Assembly: GCA_029552245.1 (NCBI GenBank)
Contig: JAKPDW010000025.1
Span: forward strand, 240,104-304,103
DNA: 64,000 nt
From: Deltaproteobacteria bacterium
GTDB taxonomy: Bacteria > Desulfobacterota > Desulfomonilia > UBA1062
Direction of reading: 5' to 3'
A program made the translations under genes and the position numbers. Below are positions 38,378-48,391 of the stretch, in pieces (position 1 is the stretch's first letter; the number at the start of each line of letters is the position of its first letter). The notes under the pieces were generated by a model. The model was not told the origin of the DNA. It searched no databases and saw only the letters and a list, made by a program, of their open reading frames with translations.

Positions 38378-39079
38378 TCACCCCGTCTCGTAGGGGCCTG
38401 TGCCCATGCATGCGGGGCAACGCTGGCCGAGGTCGGCCATGTAGGCCTCCCCGCACGAAGGGCAGAGGGACACCGGCCTATGCCTTCTGGTCCTGGATGC
38501 GAGGAAGTCCCGCTTCACGCGCACGTGCTCGATGCCGTAGATGCTCCTCCCCGCCTTCTTGATCTCCTCGACGATCTCGGCCTGGTCCTGCTCGGCCTTC
38601 GCTTTCTCCTTGAGGAACCAGGCGCGAAGGGCAGGCCACGGACCGAGGGCGGAGGCGTCAAGGAACACGCGGACGCCCTCTCCCGTGTACTTGTCGAAGA
38701 ACGCGAGCGCGTAGCGCGAGGTCTCGCATACCTTGAGCCAGCCGTTCCCCAGGGTGCACGGCGTCAGGAGCTGGACCGCGTCCGGCAGGCACTTCGCGCT
38801 CTCGCAGACGACGTCGTAGAGCTTGCCCTGGGGAAGGTGTTCCCTGGCGATGTCCACCATGACGCCGCCCGCTATGACGCCCGGCGCGGCGCTGCCGTGA
38901 AACTCCCTCACCTTGTCCACGAACTCGTCGAATGCGTACTGTCCGATCTTCACCGCCGCCTCCCTGTCTCGAACGTCCCGAGGGCCCGCCTGTGGTTCAG
39001 CGAGGGCCGCATGCGCGGTGCCCGTCTTTCGGTACAGGCGCCGCATCGACATCTGGGATCGCGAACAGCACCTGGACAC
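38378..39079 (-). CDS. FmdE/FwdE-domain protein with C-terminal C4 zinc ribbon
   Basis: FwdE-family core FHGSAAPGVIAGGVMVDIA...PCTLGNGW and C-terminal CPSCGE...CPAC. Start may be the Met at 39052. Confidence 0.6.
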   Translation of the reverse strand: MSRCCSRSQMSMRRLYRKTGTAHAALAEPQAGPRDVRDREAAVKIGQYAFDEFVDKVREFHGSAAPGVIAGGVMVDIAREHLPQGKLYDVVCESAKCLPDAVQLLTPCTLGNGWLKVCETSRYALAFFDKYTGEGVRVFLDASALGPWPALRAWFLKEKAKAEQDQAEIVEEIKKAGRSIYGIEHVRVKRDFLASRTRRHRPVSLCPSCGEAYMADLGQRCPACMGTGPYETG

Positions 39080-39521
39080 GAGGGGTCCCTTGACGTGCCC
39101 TCGGGCGCCGGGGACGTGCGCCCCTGTACGAAGGCGCCCCCAGGTTCTTCCCTTTTCTCTCGCCCGCTTTCTTCCTGGCAGGGGGAAACCGGCCGATCCG
39201 GATGTCTACCGGGTCGTCTCCCGGCTCTGCCACGAAAGCGGCGCCGTGCGCTCATGGAGAGAACCGCCCGGTCCCGTCGGGCATGCCCGCCTCGGCCTCC
39301 TGGTGCGTCGTCGTCCCGCAAGCGGTACACACAGCCTGTCTCTTTCCCGTCACCCCCGATCGTAGCCGCCCGGCCCCGGCGCGTCAAGGAGGACCCTGAC
39401 GGGCCTGATCCCCGCTCGGGCGCATGCCCGGGAAAACGCCGTGCGCGCCGCCGTGCCGGATCCAAAGTCCTCGTGTTCGTGAATGCACGCACGGTCCTCT
39501 CGCCGGCCCGCCCCTTGCGGC

Positions 39522-40766
39522 TCACGGTGCATCAGGGCTCACGAGCCTCGCCCGTCTGCCGAGGCGCCAGAGCACGGTTCCCGCGATCAGCCCTATCACG
39601 TACCCGTAGGGGAGCCCGGCTGCCACCAGGCCCACGAGAACGGTGACGGGGAAGCCGTTCGCCTCGCCCACGACGTCCCGGATGAGCCAGATGAGGGCGA
39701 GGGCCTCGAAGAGCAGCAGCACGCCGAGCATGGGCAGGGGGAACGCCTTCACGACGTGGTCGAAGCCGGTCCCCAGAAAGAGCCCGCACGTGACGAGCAG
39801 GGCGCCGTAGATGACCACCGACCCGCCGGTGCGCCCGCCGAAGGCGAAGTGGCCGGCCATGCCGCCGGAGCCGTGGCAGGTGGGCACGCCGCCGAACCAC
39901 GGGTTGACGAGGTTCATGACGGCGTAGGTGAGCCCGATCCTCTTGATCGACAGGGGGCGCTCCGGGAAGAGGTCGACGGCGAGCTGGCGCGTGGCGAGCA
40001 CCGAGTTGCACAGCGACAGGGGGATCTGGGGCAGGGCGAGCACCACGAAGCCGGTCGCCATGTCCGCGGGGCTGAACGAGGCGAGCGATGGCAGGTGGAA
40101 GCCGAGGCTCGAGGCCAGGGCGTCGCCCTCGAGATTGAAGGCGAAGGCGTAGACGAGCCCCATGACGACCACCGCGAGCGCGGCCGGGAAGCGCCTGTTC
40201 CCGAGGAGCGCCACGGTGGCGACGAAGGCGGCCAACGCCAACACATAACCCATGGCACCGTCCGACAGCACGAACTTGCCGAGCGCCACGCCTGCCAGCT
40301 GGAGCCCGAGCCCGAGCTGGATACCCCTGATCACGCACTTGGGTACCACCCTCCCCAACCAGTCGAGCATCCCGGTGAGCGCGAGCAGGAGCATGACGAG
40401 GCCGATGGCAAGCCCCGCGCCGTGGAGCTGGGCGGCCGTGACCTGCTGGGATATCACTATGGCTGCCATGGCCTTCAGGGGTTGAACCGGCATGGGCATC
40501 CTGTAGGAAAGCCCCGTGAAGACCTGCATCAGGCCGAACATGACGAGCACGCTCGTCGCGTCCAGCCCGCAGGCAAGCGTCACCCCGATGAGCAGGGGGA
40601 TGTCCGTGCCCATGTCCCCGAACGCGCCCGCGAGCTCGTTCCTGTTGAACCGTATCCTGGCGCCGGCGGCACCACCGCTCACGTGGGGGCGGTCCACCGG
40701 TGCGGCCTGCAGGGGCTGCGTCACCCGGGCCTTGGGGTCGGGCGCGGTGCCCGGTTGCGTGTTCAT
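39522..40766 (-). CDS. polytopic anion transporter, putative molybdate/sulfate transporter (MOT1/SulP-like, 414 aa)
   Basis: C-terminal part of the 873-aa track ORF from MNTQPG... About 11 TM helices with a two-repeat organisation (MFGLMQVFTGLSYRMPMPVQPLKAMAA ... TCHGSGGMAGHFAFGGRTG). ATG overlaps the stop of the upstream molybdoenzyme gene (ATGA). Family assignment is tentative. Confidence 0.5.
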   Translation of the reverse strand: MNTQPGTAPDPKARVTQPLQAAPVDRPHVSGGAAGARIRFNRNELAGAFGDMGTDIPLLIGVTLACGLDATSVLVMFGLMQVFTGLSYRMPMPVQPLKAMAAIVISQQVTAAQLHGAGLAIGLVMLLLALTGMLDWLGRVVPKCVIRGIQLGLGLQLAGVALGKFVLSDGAMGYVLALAAFVATVALLGNRRFPAALAVVVMGLVYAFAFNLEGDALASSLGFHLPSLASFSPADMATGFVVLALPQIPLSLCNSVLATRQLAVDLFPERPLSIKRIGLTYAVMNLVNPWFGGVPTCHGSGGMAGHFAFGGRTGGSVVIYGALLVTCGLFLGTGFDHVVKAFPLPMLGVLLLFEALALIWLIRDVVGEANGFPVTVLVGLVAAGLPYGYVIGLIAGTVLWRLGRRARLVSPDAP

Positions 40767-43000
40767 GCGGGCTCTATCCTGCAGGGCACGTACCTGTGGA
40801 TGGGCGTGGCTGCGAACCTGTCGCGGTTCGTGGTCTTCGTGAGCCGGTTCACGTTGGCTCCGTAGGCCCTGCCCTGGTAGACGAGCCCGAACCCGTGGGG
40901 TATGAGGACCTGTCCCTTCCTCGTCGCCTCGGTCACCTCGGCCTCCACCTCGACCTCGCCGGCCTCGGTGATCACGCGCACGATCTGGCCGTCCGAGATG
41001 CCGATCCTGCCGGCGTCCTCCGGGTGGACGCTCACGGTGCAGGCACGTCTGCCCTCGTTCCATGCAGGGTCGCGCATGAGGGTGTTCGCGTTTGCGCTCA
41101 TGTGTCTGCCGGCCTGGAGGATGAGGGGGTAGTCTGGGTGGGGCGCCAGCGCCTCTTCTTCGCGGCCGGGCTCGATCTCCCTCACCCAGGGGTCCATCTC
41201 CGGGATGGAGACGTGGAGTTTCTTGTCCTCGTGGGCGATCATCGAGAAGTTGTCCTCCTTGTCGGCGAGCCCCAGGATCAACCCCTCCGGGTGGTCGAGG
41301 ATCGCCTGGAAGATCTCCTCCCCCATCGTGATGCCGGGCGTGAACCCGGCCCTCGCAGCCGCCTTCCTGAAGGACTTGGGCGCCGTCTGGAGGAGTCCCC
41401 ACAGGGCGGCCAGGTTGGGTGAGCCGAGCCGCTCTCCCAGGGTCTTCGCGAGGATGAACGGCATGTTCGCAAGCGCCCTCGGCTCGGCGGTCGCGTAGTT
41501 CATGAGCTCCGCGCCGAAGGTGAGACGGTCCTTGGAGGCGGCCTCGACGAGAGAGTCGGGTATGGGAGGGACGATGCCGAGTTTCTCGGCGAGCATCGTG
41601 TGGATGCTGCTCAGCTCCAGCCTCTCGCCCTCGGGCTCGACCACGGGCCGCCTCATCTGGAAGTAGATCTCGGGGAAGGTCCAGGCGAAGAAGGTCCCGT
41701 CCCACGACTCGTAGCCCGAGCGCGCGGGCAGGACGTAGTGGGACAGGCGCGCCGTCTCGGTCATGGAGAGCTCGCAGGTGACGAGCAGGTCGAGCCTTCC
41801 GAACGCCTTCTCGTACATGGTGGTGTCCGCGAACGACCTCAGCGGGTTCGACTGGCAGCACAGCACCGCCCTGAGCCGCTCCGGGTGGTCCGAGAGGATC
41901 TCCTCGGGCATGACGTTGGGGGGGTACACGCCCATGAGCGCAGGGAACCCCGTGGTCACGGTCTTCCAGTTCTTCGGGTCGCGCTCGTCGGTGTGCGCGC
42001 CGATGGGCATGAGGTGGCCGGGGATCACGTTGCCGCCCGGCACGCAGAGCCTGCCGCAGACGGCGAGCAGGAGGAGCAGGAGGTAGGTGGTCGCCGTGCT
42101 GTGGCGGTTCATGTACACGCCGAGGTCCGTGTGCATGCACCACCTGCGCGTGGTCATGAGTCTGCAGAGCCCACGCACGGCGTCATAGTCGAGCTCGCAG
42201 ACCCTCACCGCGTCGCGGGCGTCGAACCCCCTGAACCAGGGCTCGATCTCCTCGAAGCCCTGGACATGCAGCTCGAGGTACTCCCTGTCCTGCCAGCCCT
42301 CCTCGAGGATGATCGAGATCATGGCCCTGGCGAGGAGCGCGTCCGTCCCGGGCCTCACGGGAAGGTGGATGTCGGCGATCTCGGCCGTCTCGGACCTGCG
42401 CGGGTCGATGACCACGAGCAGCTTGTCCGGGTTCTTGGAGAACTCCCTCAAGACCAGGGGCGCGCGCGGCATCTGGTGGCTCTGCATGCCGTTCCACCCC
42501 ACGGCCACGAGCATGTCCGCTTCCTCCTCGTGGGGGATGGCGTAGAGGTACTGCCTGCCCGCGAGCCTGCCCGAGGCCCAGAAGATGCCGGTAAGCTCCT
42601 GGGCGAGGGCGTTGTAGTGGTAACGGGAGCCGAGCGCCCGCATGAGCCTCACACCGAATGCGGCCTCGAAGTGGCAGCCCTGTCCCCCTCCGCCCATGTA
42701 TGCGAGGCTCCTCGGGCCGTGGGTCTCGACGATCGCCTTGAGCCTCTCGGCGATCTCCCCGATCGCCTGGTCCCAGGAGATGCGCTCGAAGCGGTCGCCC
42801 ACCCTCTTGAGGGGAGAGGAGATCCTGTCCGCGTGGTGCTGGTGGAAGGCGATGTTGGCGCCCTTGCGGCACAGGTAGCCCTTGGAGCGGGGGTTGTCCC
42901 TGTCGCCCCTCGCCTTGACGATGCGGTTGTTCTCCACGTACACCTCGAGCCCGCAGTTCTGCGCGCAGAGCACGCACCCCGTCTTCTTCCATTCACCCAT
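40763..43000 (-). CDS. molybdopterin-dependent oxidoreductase (formate-dehydrogenase-like, MopB superfamily) with N-terminal 4Fe-4S
   Basis: 745 aa. N-terminal CVLCAQNCGL...CRKG cluster motif and MopB-type domains. No in-frame TGA, so a Cys rather than Sec form, if homologous to Sec enzymes at all. Confidence 0.8.
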   Translation of the reverse strand: MGEWKKTGCVLCAQNCGLEVYVENNRIVKARGDRDNPRSKGYLCRKGANIAFHQHHADRISSPLKRVGDRFERISWDQAIGEIAERLKAIVETHGPRSLAYMGGGGQGCHFEAAFGVRLMRALGSRYHYNALAQELTGIFWASGRLAGRQYLYAIPHEEEADMLVAVGWNGMQSHQMPRAPLVLREFSKNPDKLLVVIDPRRSETAEIADIHLPVRPGTDALLARAMISIILEEGWQDREYLELHVQGFEEIEPWFRGFDARDAVRVCELDYDAVRGLCRLMTTRRWCMHTDLGVYMNRHSTATTYLLLLLLAVCGRLCVPGGNVIPGHLMPIGAHTDERDPKNWKTVTTGFPALMGVYPPNVMPEEILSDHPERLRAVLCCQSNPLRSFADTTMYEKAFGRLDLLVTCELSMTETARLSHYVLPARSGYESWDGTFFAWTFPEIYFQMRRPVVEPEGERLELSSIHTMLAEKLGIVPPIPDSLVEAASKDRLTFGAELMNYATAEPRALANMPFILAKTLGERLGSPNLAALWGLLQTAPKSFRKAAARAGFTPGITMGEEIFQAILDHPEGLILGLADKEDNFSMIAHEDKKLHVSIPEMDPWVREIEPGREEEALAPHPDYPLILQAGRHMSANANTLMRDPAWNEGRRACTVSVHPEDAGRIGISDGQIVRVITEAGEVEVEAEVTEATRKGQVLIPHGFGLVYQGRAYGANVNRLTKTTNRDRFAATPIHRYVPCRIEPA

Positions 43001-43619
43001 GCCTTTTCCCTCCTCTCTTGCGCGCGTGCGCGTCAGCCCCGGCCAGGATGCGCTCGAAGACCATGCGCCTGCATATCCTCAAGGGGCGGGTCGACTTCGC
43101 GAGCTTCATGTGCATGATGGCGCCCTCCCAGCTGTCGAGGATGAACCATGCCGTCTCTTCCGTGTCCAGGTGCCCGGCCACCTGGCCCAGGCCCTTCGCC
43201 TCGTCGAGGACCGCCTGTATGGCGGCGTGCATGCCCTCGTAGGCCCGTGCGACCCTCTCCCTGAATGCCTCGCTCACGTCGCTCATCTCCTGCATGAGGT
43301 TGCCGATGGGGCAGCCGCGGCTGAACCCCATCTTCTCGAACATGTTCTCGTAGGCGTCCATGAAGCGAGCGAGCCTTTCCAGGGGGGGAGTCCCCTGGTC
43401 GCCGAGGAGTTTCTCGCCCGCCGACTCGATGAGGCTCTGGAAGTGGTCCACGAGGGCGAGCCCGAAGTCCTCCTTGCTTTTGAAATGGAAGTAGAACGAT
43501 CCCTTGGGCACGCCCGCGGCATCCAGTATCTCCTTGAGCCCGGCCGCCCTGAAACCCCGGGCGTGCACGATGCGCGCGCCTTCTTCGATGATGGTCTGCC
43601 TCGAGGGGGTGCGGGCCAT
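42993..43619 (-). CDS. TetR/AcrR-family transcriptional regulator
   Basis: Internal Met (complement 43617-19). HTH region GFRAAGLKEILDAAGVPKGSFYFHFKSKEDF. Overlaps the oxidoreductase start by 8 nt. Confidence 0.7.
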   Translation of the reverse strand: MARTPSRQTIIEEGARIVHARGFRAAGLKEILDAAGVPKGSFYFHFKSKEDFGLALVDHFQSLIESAGEKLLGDQGTPPLERLARFMDAYENMFEKMGFSRGCPIGNLMQEMSDVSEAFRERVARAYEGMHAAIQAVLDEAKGLGQVAGHLDTEETAWFILDSWEGAIMHMKLAKSTRPLRICRRMVFERILAGADAHARKRGGKRHG

Positions 43620-43625
43620 GGGGGA

Positions 43626-43645
43626 TATAATAGACCGGTCGTCTA
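43626..43645. promoter_or_regulatory. TATAAT box abutting perfect palindrome TAGAC-CGGTC-GTCTA in the TetR/pgm divergent region (candidate TetR operator)
   Basis: Seen directly at 43626-43631 (TATAAT) and 43631-43645 (palindrome). Confidence 0.35.
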
Positions 43646-43771
43646 CATCCGTCAACCCCGTTTCTCGCCCGAGGTTTACCGGTGAGCACAATTCGGGTAC
43701 AATGGCGGGGTCGTTGCCGGATGTCCCGCGTTCGGACGTTTTTCGATCCACGATTGACAGGAGGGTGAGTC

Positions 43772-45439
43772 ATGGCCGTCCATGACCTGGCAGGGAAGCC
43801 CGTGCCAAGATCGATGCTCGTGGACACCGCCTCGCTGGTGGATGCGTACTACCGCACCAGGCCCGACCCGGCCCACCCGGGGTGCCGCGTGTCGTTCGGC
43901 ACCTCGGGACACAGGGGGTCGTCGATCGCCGCCAGCTTCAACGAGGACCACATCCTGGCCATCACGCAGGCCATCTGCGATTACAAGAGGGAATTCGGGA
44001 TCACGGGCCCCGTGTTCGTGGGCAGGGACACCCACGCGCTGTCGGAGCCGGCCTTCAAGACCGCGATCGAGGTGCTTGCAGCCAACGCTCTCACGGCGAT
44101 GGTGGACGAGGACCTGGGGTTCACCCCCACGCCGTCGGTGTCCAGGGCCGTCATCGAGTACAACCGCTCGAGGTCATCGGACCCCGCGGACGGGATCGTG
44201 ATCACCCCTTCGCACAACGGCCCCGAGGACGGCGGGTTCAAGTACAACCCGCCGGAGGGAGGCCCCGCGGACACCAAGACCACGGGGTGGATCGAGAAAC
44301 GCGCGAACGCCCTGTTGGAGGGCCGCCTGGCCGGTGTCAGGCGGATCCCCTACGAACGGGCGCTGTCAGCCCCCACCACCACCAGGTACGACTTCACCGG
44401 GCCGTATGTCGAGGGGCTCGCCTCGGTCATCGACATGGGATCCATCGCATCTTCCGGCCTCAGGCTCTGCGCCGACGCCCTGGGCGGTTCGGGCGCGTCC
44501 TACTGGCACCGGATAGCCGAGCGCTACGCCCTGTCCATAGATGTCCTGCACGACACCGCGGATGCGACCTTCGGCTTCATGACCCTCGATCACGACGGCC
44601 GGATCCGCATGGACTGTTCGTCGCCGTACGCCATGGCGTCCCTCGTGGCGCTGAAAGACCGCTACGACCTCGCCTTCGGCAACGACCCGGACTTCGACAG
44701 GCACGGGATCGTGACCGGGAAGGCCGGGCTCATGAACCCGAACCACTTCCTGGCGGCGGCCGTGGTGCACCTCTTTTCCTCGAGGCCCTCCTGGCTGCCG
44801 TCCTCGGGCGTGGGCAAGACGCTCGTGAGCAGCGCCATGATTGACAGGGCCGCGGAGCTCGTCCGAAGGGAGCTCTTCGAGACCCCGGTAGGGTTCAAGT
44901 GGTTCGTCGAGCCCCTGATCGGGGGCCGCGTGGCCTTCGCGGGAGAGGAGAGCGCAGGCGCGTCGCTCGTGTGCATGGACGGCTCGGTGTGGACCACGGA
45001 CAAGGACGGCATCGCCATGGCGCTCGTCGCGGCGGAGATGCTCGCGCGCACGGGCAAGGACCCCTCGGATCTCTACCGGGAACTCGAAGAACGCTTCGGC
45101 GTGTACCACTACGAGAGGATCGACGTGCCTGCGGGCCCGAGGGAGAAGGCGGCGCTCTCGGGAATCACCCCGGACATGGTCGAGGCGAGGGTGCTGGCCG
45201 GCGATGCGGTGACAGCCGTCCTCACGAGGGCGCCGGCGAACGGCGCGGCCATCGGCGGCATAAAGGTCGTAACGGCCTCGGGCTGGTTCGCTGCTCGGCC
45301 CTCGGGCACGGAGGACGTCTACAAGATCTACGCAGAGAGCTTCAGGGGTCCCGACCATCTGGCCCTCATCCAGGAAGAGGCGCGCTCGCTCGTAAGCACC
45401 GTCTTCGGCCGCCAGGCCTCCACGGGGGGTGGGGCGTGA
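43772..45439 (+). CDS. pgm: phosphoglucomutase (alpha-D-glucose phosphate-specific)
   Basis: 555 aa. GTSGHRG, Ser-loop region, SHNGPEDGGFKYN, GEESAG motifs. Confidence 0.9.
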   Translation: MAVHDLAGKPVPRSMLVDTASLVDAYYRTRPDPAHPGCRVSFGTSGHRGSSIAASFNEDHILAITQAICDYKREFGITGPVFVGRDTHALSEPAFKTAIEVLAANALTAMVDEDLGFTPTPSVSRAVIEYNRSRSSDPADGIVITPSHNGPEDGGFKYNPPEGGPADTKTTGWIEKRANALLEGRLAGVRRIPYERALSAPTTTRYDFTGPYVEGLASVIDMGSIASSGLRLCADALGGSGASYWHRIAERYALSIDVLHDTADATFGFMTLDHDGRIRMDCSSPYAMASLVALKDRYDLAFGNDPDFDRHGIVTGKAGLMNPNHFLAAAVVHLFSSRPSWLPSSGVGKTLVSSAMIDRAAELVRRELFETPVGFKWFVEPLIGGRVAFAGEESAGASLVCMDGSVWTTDKDGIAMALVAAEMLARTGKDPSDLYRELEERFGVYHYERIDVPAGPREKAALSGITPDMVEARVLAGDAVTAVLTRAPANGAAIGGIKVVTASGWFAARPSGTEDVYKIYAESFRGPDHLALIQEEARSLVSTVFGRQASTGGGA

Positions 45440-46260
45440 GGGGACCCGGGACCGCGGCCCGACCACCCGGCACAACCGCCAAACGGTTCGGGCTCGCCGG
45501 GGACCTCGCCTGGTACCTCGCCTTCGTAGGGGTCGTCGCGTTGATTGTGGGGAAGGGGATTGCCTCGTCGGGGTACACCTGGCAGTGGTACCGGGTCCCG
45601 AGGTTCTTCGTGGAGTTCACGGCGGCGGGTGTCGTGCTCGGGCCGCTTTCGAGGGGACTGCTCGTGACCTTCAAGATCACCCTGGCCAGCCTCGTGCTCG
45701 CCTTCGCCTTCGGGGTGGCGGCCGCCCTCATGAGGCTCTCGGGGTCCGTGGCGGCCCGGGCGGCCGCCCGGGTGTACCTCGAGCTCGTGAGGAACACGCC
45801 GCTCATCATCCAGATCTTCTTCATGTACTTCGTCGTCTCTCCCCTGGTGGGACTCGACTCGTTCCTCACCGCGGTGCTGGCGCTCAGCCTGTTCGAGGGG
45901 GCGTACCTGTGCGAGATCTTCCGCGCCGGGATCCTGTCGGTCGCGAGGGGCCAGTGGGAGGCGGCGCAGAGCCTCGGGTTGAGCGCGGCCGAGACGTACC
46001 GCCACGTGATCCTGCCCCAGGCCGTACGCAAGATCGTCCCCACGGTGACCGGCCAGACCGTGTCCCTCGTGAAGGACTCCGCGCTCGTGAGCACCATCGC
46101 CGTGTACGACCTCGCCATGCAGGCGCAGGCGATCGTCGCGGAGACCTTTCTCGTGTTCGAGGTGTGGCTTGCGGTGGCCGCGGTCTACCTGGCCGTCACG
46201 ATGAGCCTGTCGGCCGCGGCGCACGCAGTGGAGGAGAGGTTCAGGCGGTTCGGGGCGTGA
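45436..46260 (+). CDS. polar amino-acid ABC transporter permease
   Basis: GTG overlaps the pgm stop (GTGA). EAA-like loop EGAYLCEIFRAGILSVARGQWEAAQSLGLS. Five TM helices. Confidence 0.7.
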   Translation: MRGPGTAARPPGTTAKRFGLAGDLAWYLAFVGVVALIVGKGIASSGYTWQWYRVPRFFVEFTAAGVVLGPLSRGLLVTFKITLASLVLAFAFGVAAALMRLSGSVAARAAARVYLELVRNTPLIIQIFFMYFVVSPLVGLDSFLTAVLALSLFEGAYLCEIFRAGILSVARGQWEAAQSLGLSAAETYRHVILPQAVRKIVPTVTGQTVSLVKDSALVSTIAVYDLAMQAQAIVAETFLVFEVWLAVAAVYLAVTMSLSAAAHAVEERFRRFGA

Positions 46261-46290
46261 CCCCCGCATCGGGAATCAGGGAGGTGAACC

Positions 46291-47121
46291 ATGATGAAAC
46301 GGTTGACGGTCGTATGCACGATCCTGGCGTTCGGACTCGGATGCGCTCTGTCGCCCGCCTACGCGAAGAGCCTCAGGGAGGATCTCGCAGGCCAGAGCAC
46401 CATCGAGCAGGTGCTGAAGAGGGGGGTCCTCAGGGTGGGCATGTCCACCTTCGTCCCCTGGGCCATGAACGACAAGAAGGGCAACCTCATCGGCTTCGAG
46501 ATCGACGTGGCCAAGAGGCTCGCCGCCGACATGGGGGTGAAGGTCGAGTTCGTGCCCACCAAGTGGTCGGGCATCATCCCCGCCCTGCTCACGGGCAAGT
46601 TCGACATCATCATCGGGGGCATGGGCATCACCCCGGAGCGTAACCTCAAGGTGAACTTCTCGAGACCATACGACTACACGGGCATGTCCATCGTGGCCAA
46701 CAAAAAGCTCGCCAAGGGCTTCTCGAGGCTCGAGGACTTCGACAAGCCCTCGGTCGCAATCGCCGCCCGCACCGGCACCACGGCGGCCGCGGCGGTGAAG
46801 AAGTACCTGCCGAAGGCCTCGCTCAGGCTCTTCGACGACGAGTCCCAGGCCGTGCAGGAGCTCTTGAACGGCCGCGTGCACGCGCTCGTCGCCTCGGCCC
46901 CGCTGCCGGCCTTCAAGGCGCTCGAATACCCCGACAGGCTCTTTATGCCGGTGAAGGGGGACTTCACCAGGGAGCCCATCGGGTTCGCGGTGGTCAAGGG
47001 GGACGTGGACACCCTGAACTTCCTGGACAATTGGATCACCGTGGTGGAGGCCGAGGGCTGGTTCAAGGAGAGGAAGCACTACTGGTTCGAGACCAAAGAC
47101 TGGAAAGGCCTCGTGGAGTGA
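46291..47121 (+). CDS. polar amino-acid ABC transporter substrate-binding protein (family 3)
   Basis: Signal peptide then SBP_bac_3-like LRVGMSTFVPWAM...GFEIDVAKRLAADMGVKVEFV...DIIIGGMGITPER. Confidence 0.8.
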   Translation: MMKRLTVVCTILAFGLGCALSPAYAKSLREDLAGQSTIEQVLKRGVLRVGMSTFVPWAMNDKKGNLIGFEIDVAKRLAADMGVKVEFVPTKWSGIIPALLTGKFDIIIGGMGITPERNLKVNFSRPYDYTGMSIVANKKLAKGFSRLEDFDKPSVAIAARTGTTAAAAVKKYLPKASLRLFDDESQAVQELLNGRVHALVASAPLPAFKALEYPDRLFMPVKGDFTREPIGFAVVKGDVDTLNFLDNWITVVEAEGWFKERKHYWFETKDWKGLVE

Positions 47122-47145
47122 CGGACCGCAGGGGGGCGTCTCGAG

Positions 47146-48027
47146 GTGAGCAGGAGGCCCGTGGGTTGGATCGATGTGGTCGTCGGGGCGGCGTGTGCCG
47201 CCTTGGTGCTGTGGCTCGGCTACCTCATGGGATCCAGGGTCAGGTACAACTGGAACTGGTCCGTGATCCCCCAGTTCTTCTTCTACTACGACGAGGCCGG
47301 CTCGCGCTGGGTTCCGAACCTCATCGTGAAGGGGTTCCTCATGACCATCAAGCTCAGCGTGTGGGCGACCCTGCTCGCCACGCCCCTGGGCGTCCTGACG
47401 GCGCTTCTCAGGATCGGCAGGAACCTGGTCGGGAGACTCCTGGGCAGGACCTACGTCGAGCTCGTCAGGAACATGCCGCCCCTTGTGCTCGTCTACATCG
47501 TGTACTACTTCGTGAGCGACCAGCTCGTCCGGGCGCTCGGCGTCGAGACGCTCCTCTTGTCGCTCGGTCCCGGCATGCAGGGATTCCTCGAGGGCTGCTG
47601 CGCCCCGGTGACCAAGATGCCCGTGTTCGCCTCGGCGGTCTTCATGCTCGCCATCTACGAGGGAGCATACATCGCCGAGATCGTCCGGGCAGGGGTCCAG
47701 TCCATCGACAGGGGCCAGTGGGAGGCATCGAGCGCCCTCGGGTTCACTAGGCTCCAGCAGCTCCGCCACGTGATCTTCCCCCAGGCCCTGGCGCGCACGC
47801 TGCCCCCCTATGCCGGCCAGGTGATCTCCACGATCAAGGACTCGGCCATCGTCTCGGTCATCTCGATCCCGGAGCTCACCTTCCAGGGCCTGGAGATCAT
47901 GGCGTCCACCTACCGGACCTTCGAGATCTGGATCACGATCACCGCCTTGTACTTCGTCCTGACCTTCACCTGCTCGCTGGGTGTGCAGAGGCTCGAGGCG
48001 GCGCTCGGCGCCCGCAGGGGCTATTGA
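47146..48027 (+). CDS. polar amino-acid ABC transporter permease (second copy)
   Basis: EGAYIAEIVRAGVQSIDRGQWEASSALGFT EAA loop. No ATPase gene adjacent. Confidence 0.75.
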   Translation: MSRRPVGWIDVVVGAACAALVLWLGYLMGSRVRYNWNWSVIPQFFFYYDEAGSRWVPNLIVKGFLMTIKLSVWATLLATPLGVLTALLRIGRNLVGRLLGRTYVELVRNMPPLVLVYIVYYFVSDQLVRALGVETLLLSLGPGMQGFLEGCCAPVTKMPVFASAVFMLAIYEGAYIAEIVRAGVQSIDRGQWEASSALGFTRLQQLRHVIFPQALARTLPPYAGQVISTIKDSAIVSVISIPELTFQGLEIMASTYRTFEIWITITALYFVLTFTCSLGVQRLEAALGARRGY

Positions 48028-48391
48028 TGCCGGGCGGGGTGATGGGCGGCCCCGGCAAGCGGACACCCTTTGATGGGGCCGCTTCGAGTCGGCCCTCGCA
48101 TCCGGCGGGGCAGGGGATAGGTCGGTGTGCCCGAGCCTGCACGAAAGAGACGGGGGCCTCGAGGGCCCCAGGTGGGGTCGCAAGCGGGGTACCGAAGACC
48201 GTGCTCGACCCGTCGGGAAAAGAGAGAGCCCGCGGCCGCGCAAAGAAGGCTGAGGCCGCCTTGCTCCCCACGTCCACCTGCCCCTGGGTCTTGGGCCCAG
48301 GGTGTGGTTGTCGAGAGGGGGAAGGCGGGCCCGGTCTCCGCTGCCTTTTCCCGTGCAGGCCAGGATACCTGAGGTGCCCGCCGTAGACGCG

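Noticed and set aside
40763-43000. Selenocysteine (in-frame TGA) in the molybdopterin oxidoreductase
   Set aside because: The ORF is continuous with no internal TGA, so this is a Cys-type enzyme.
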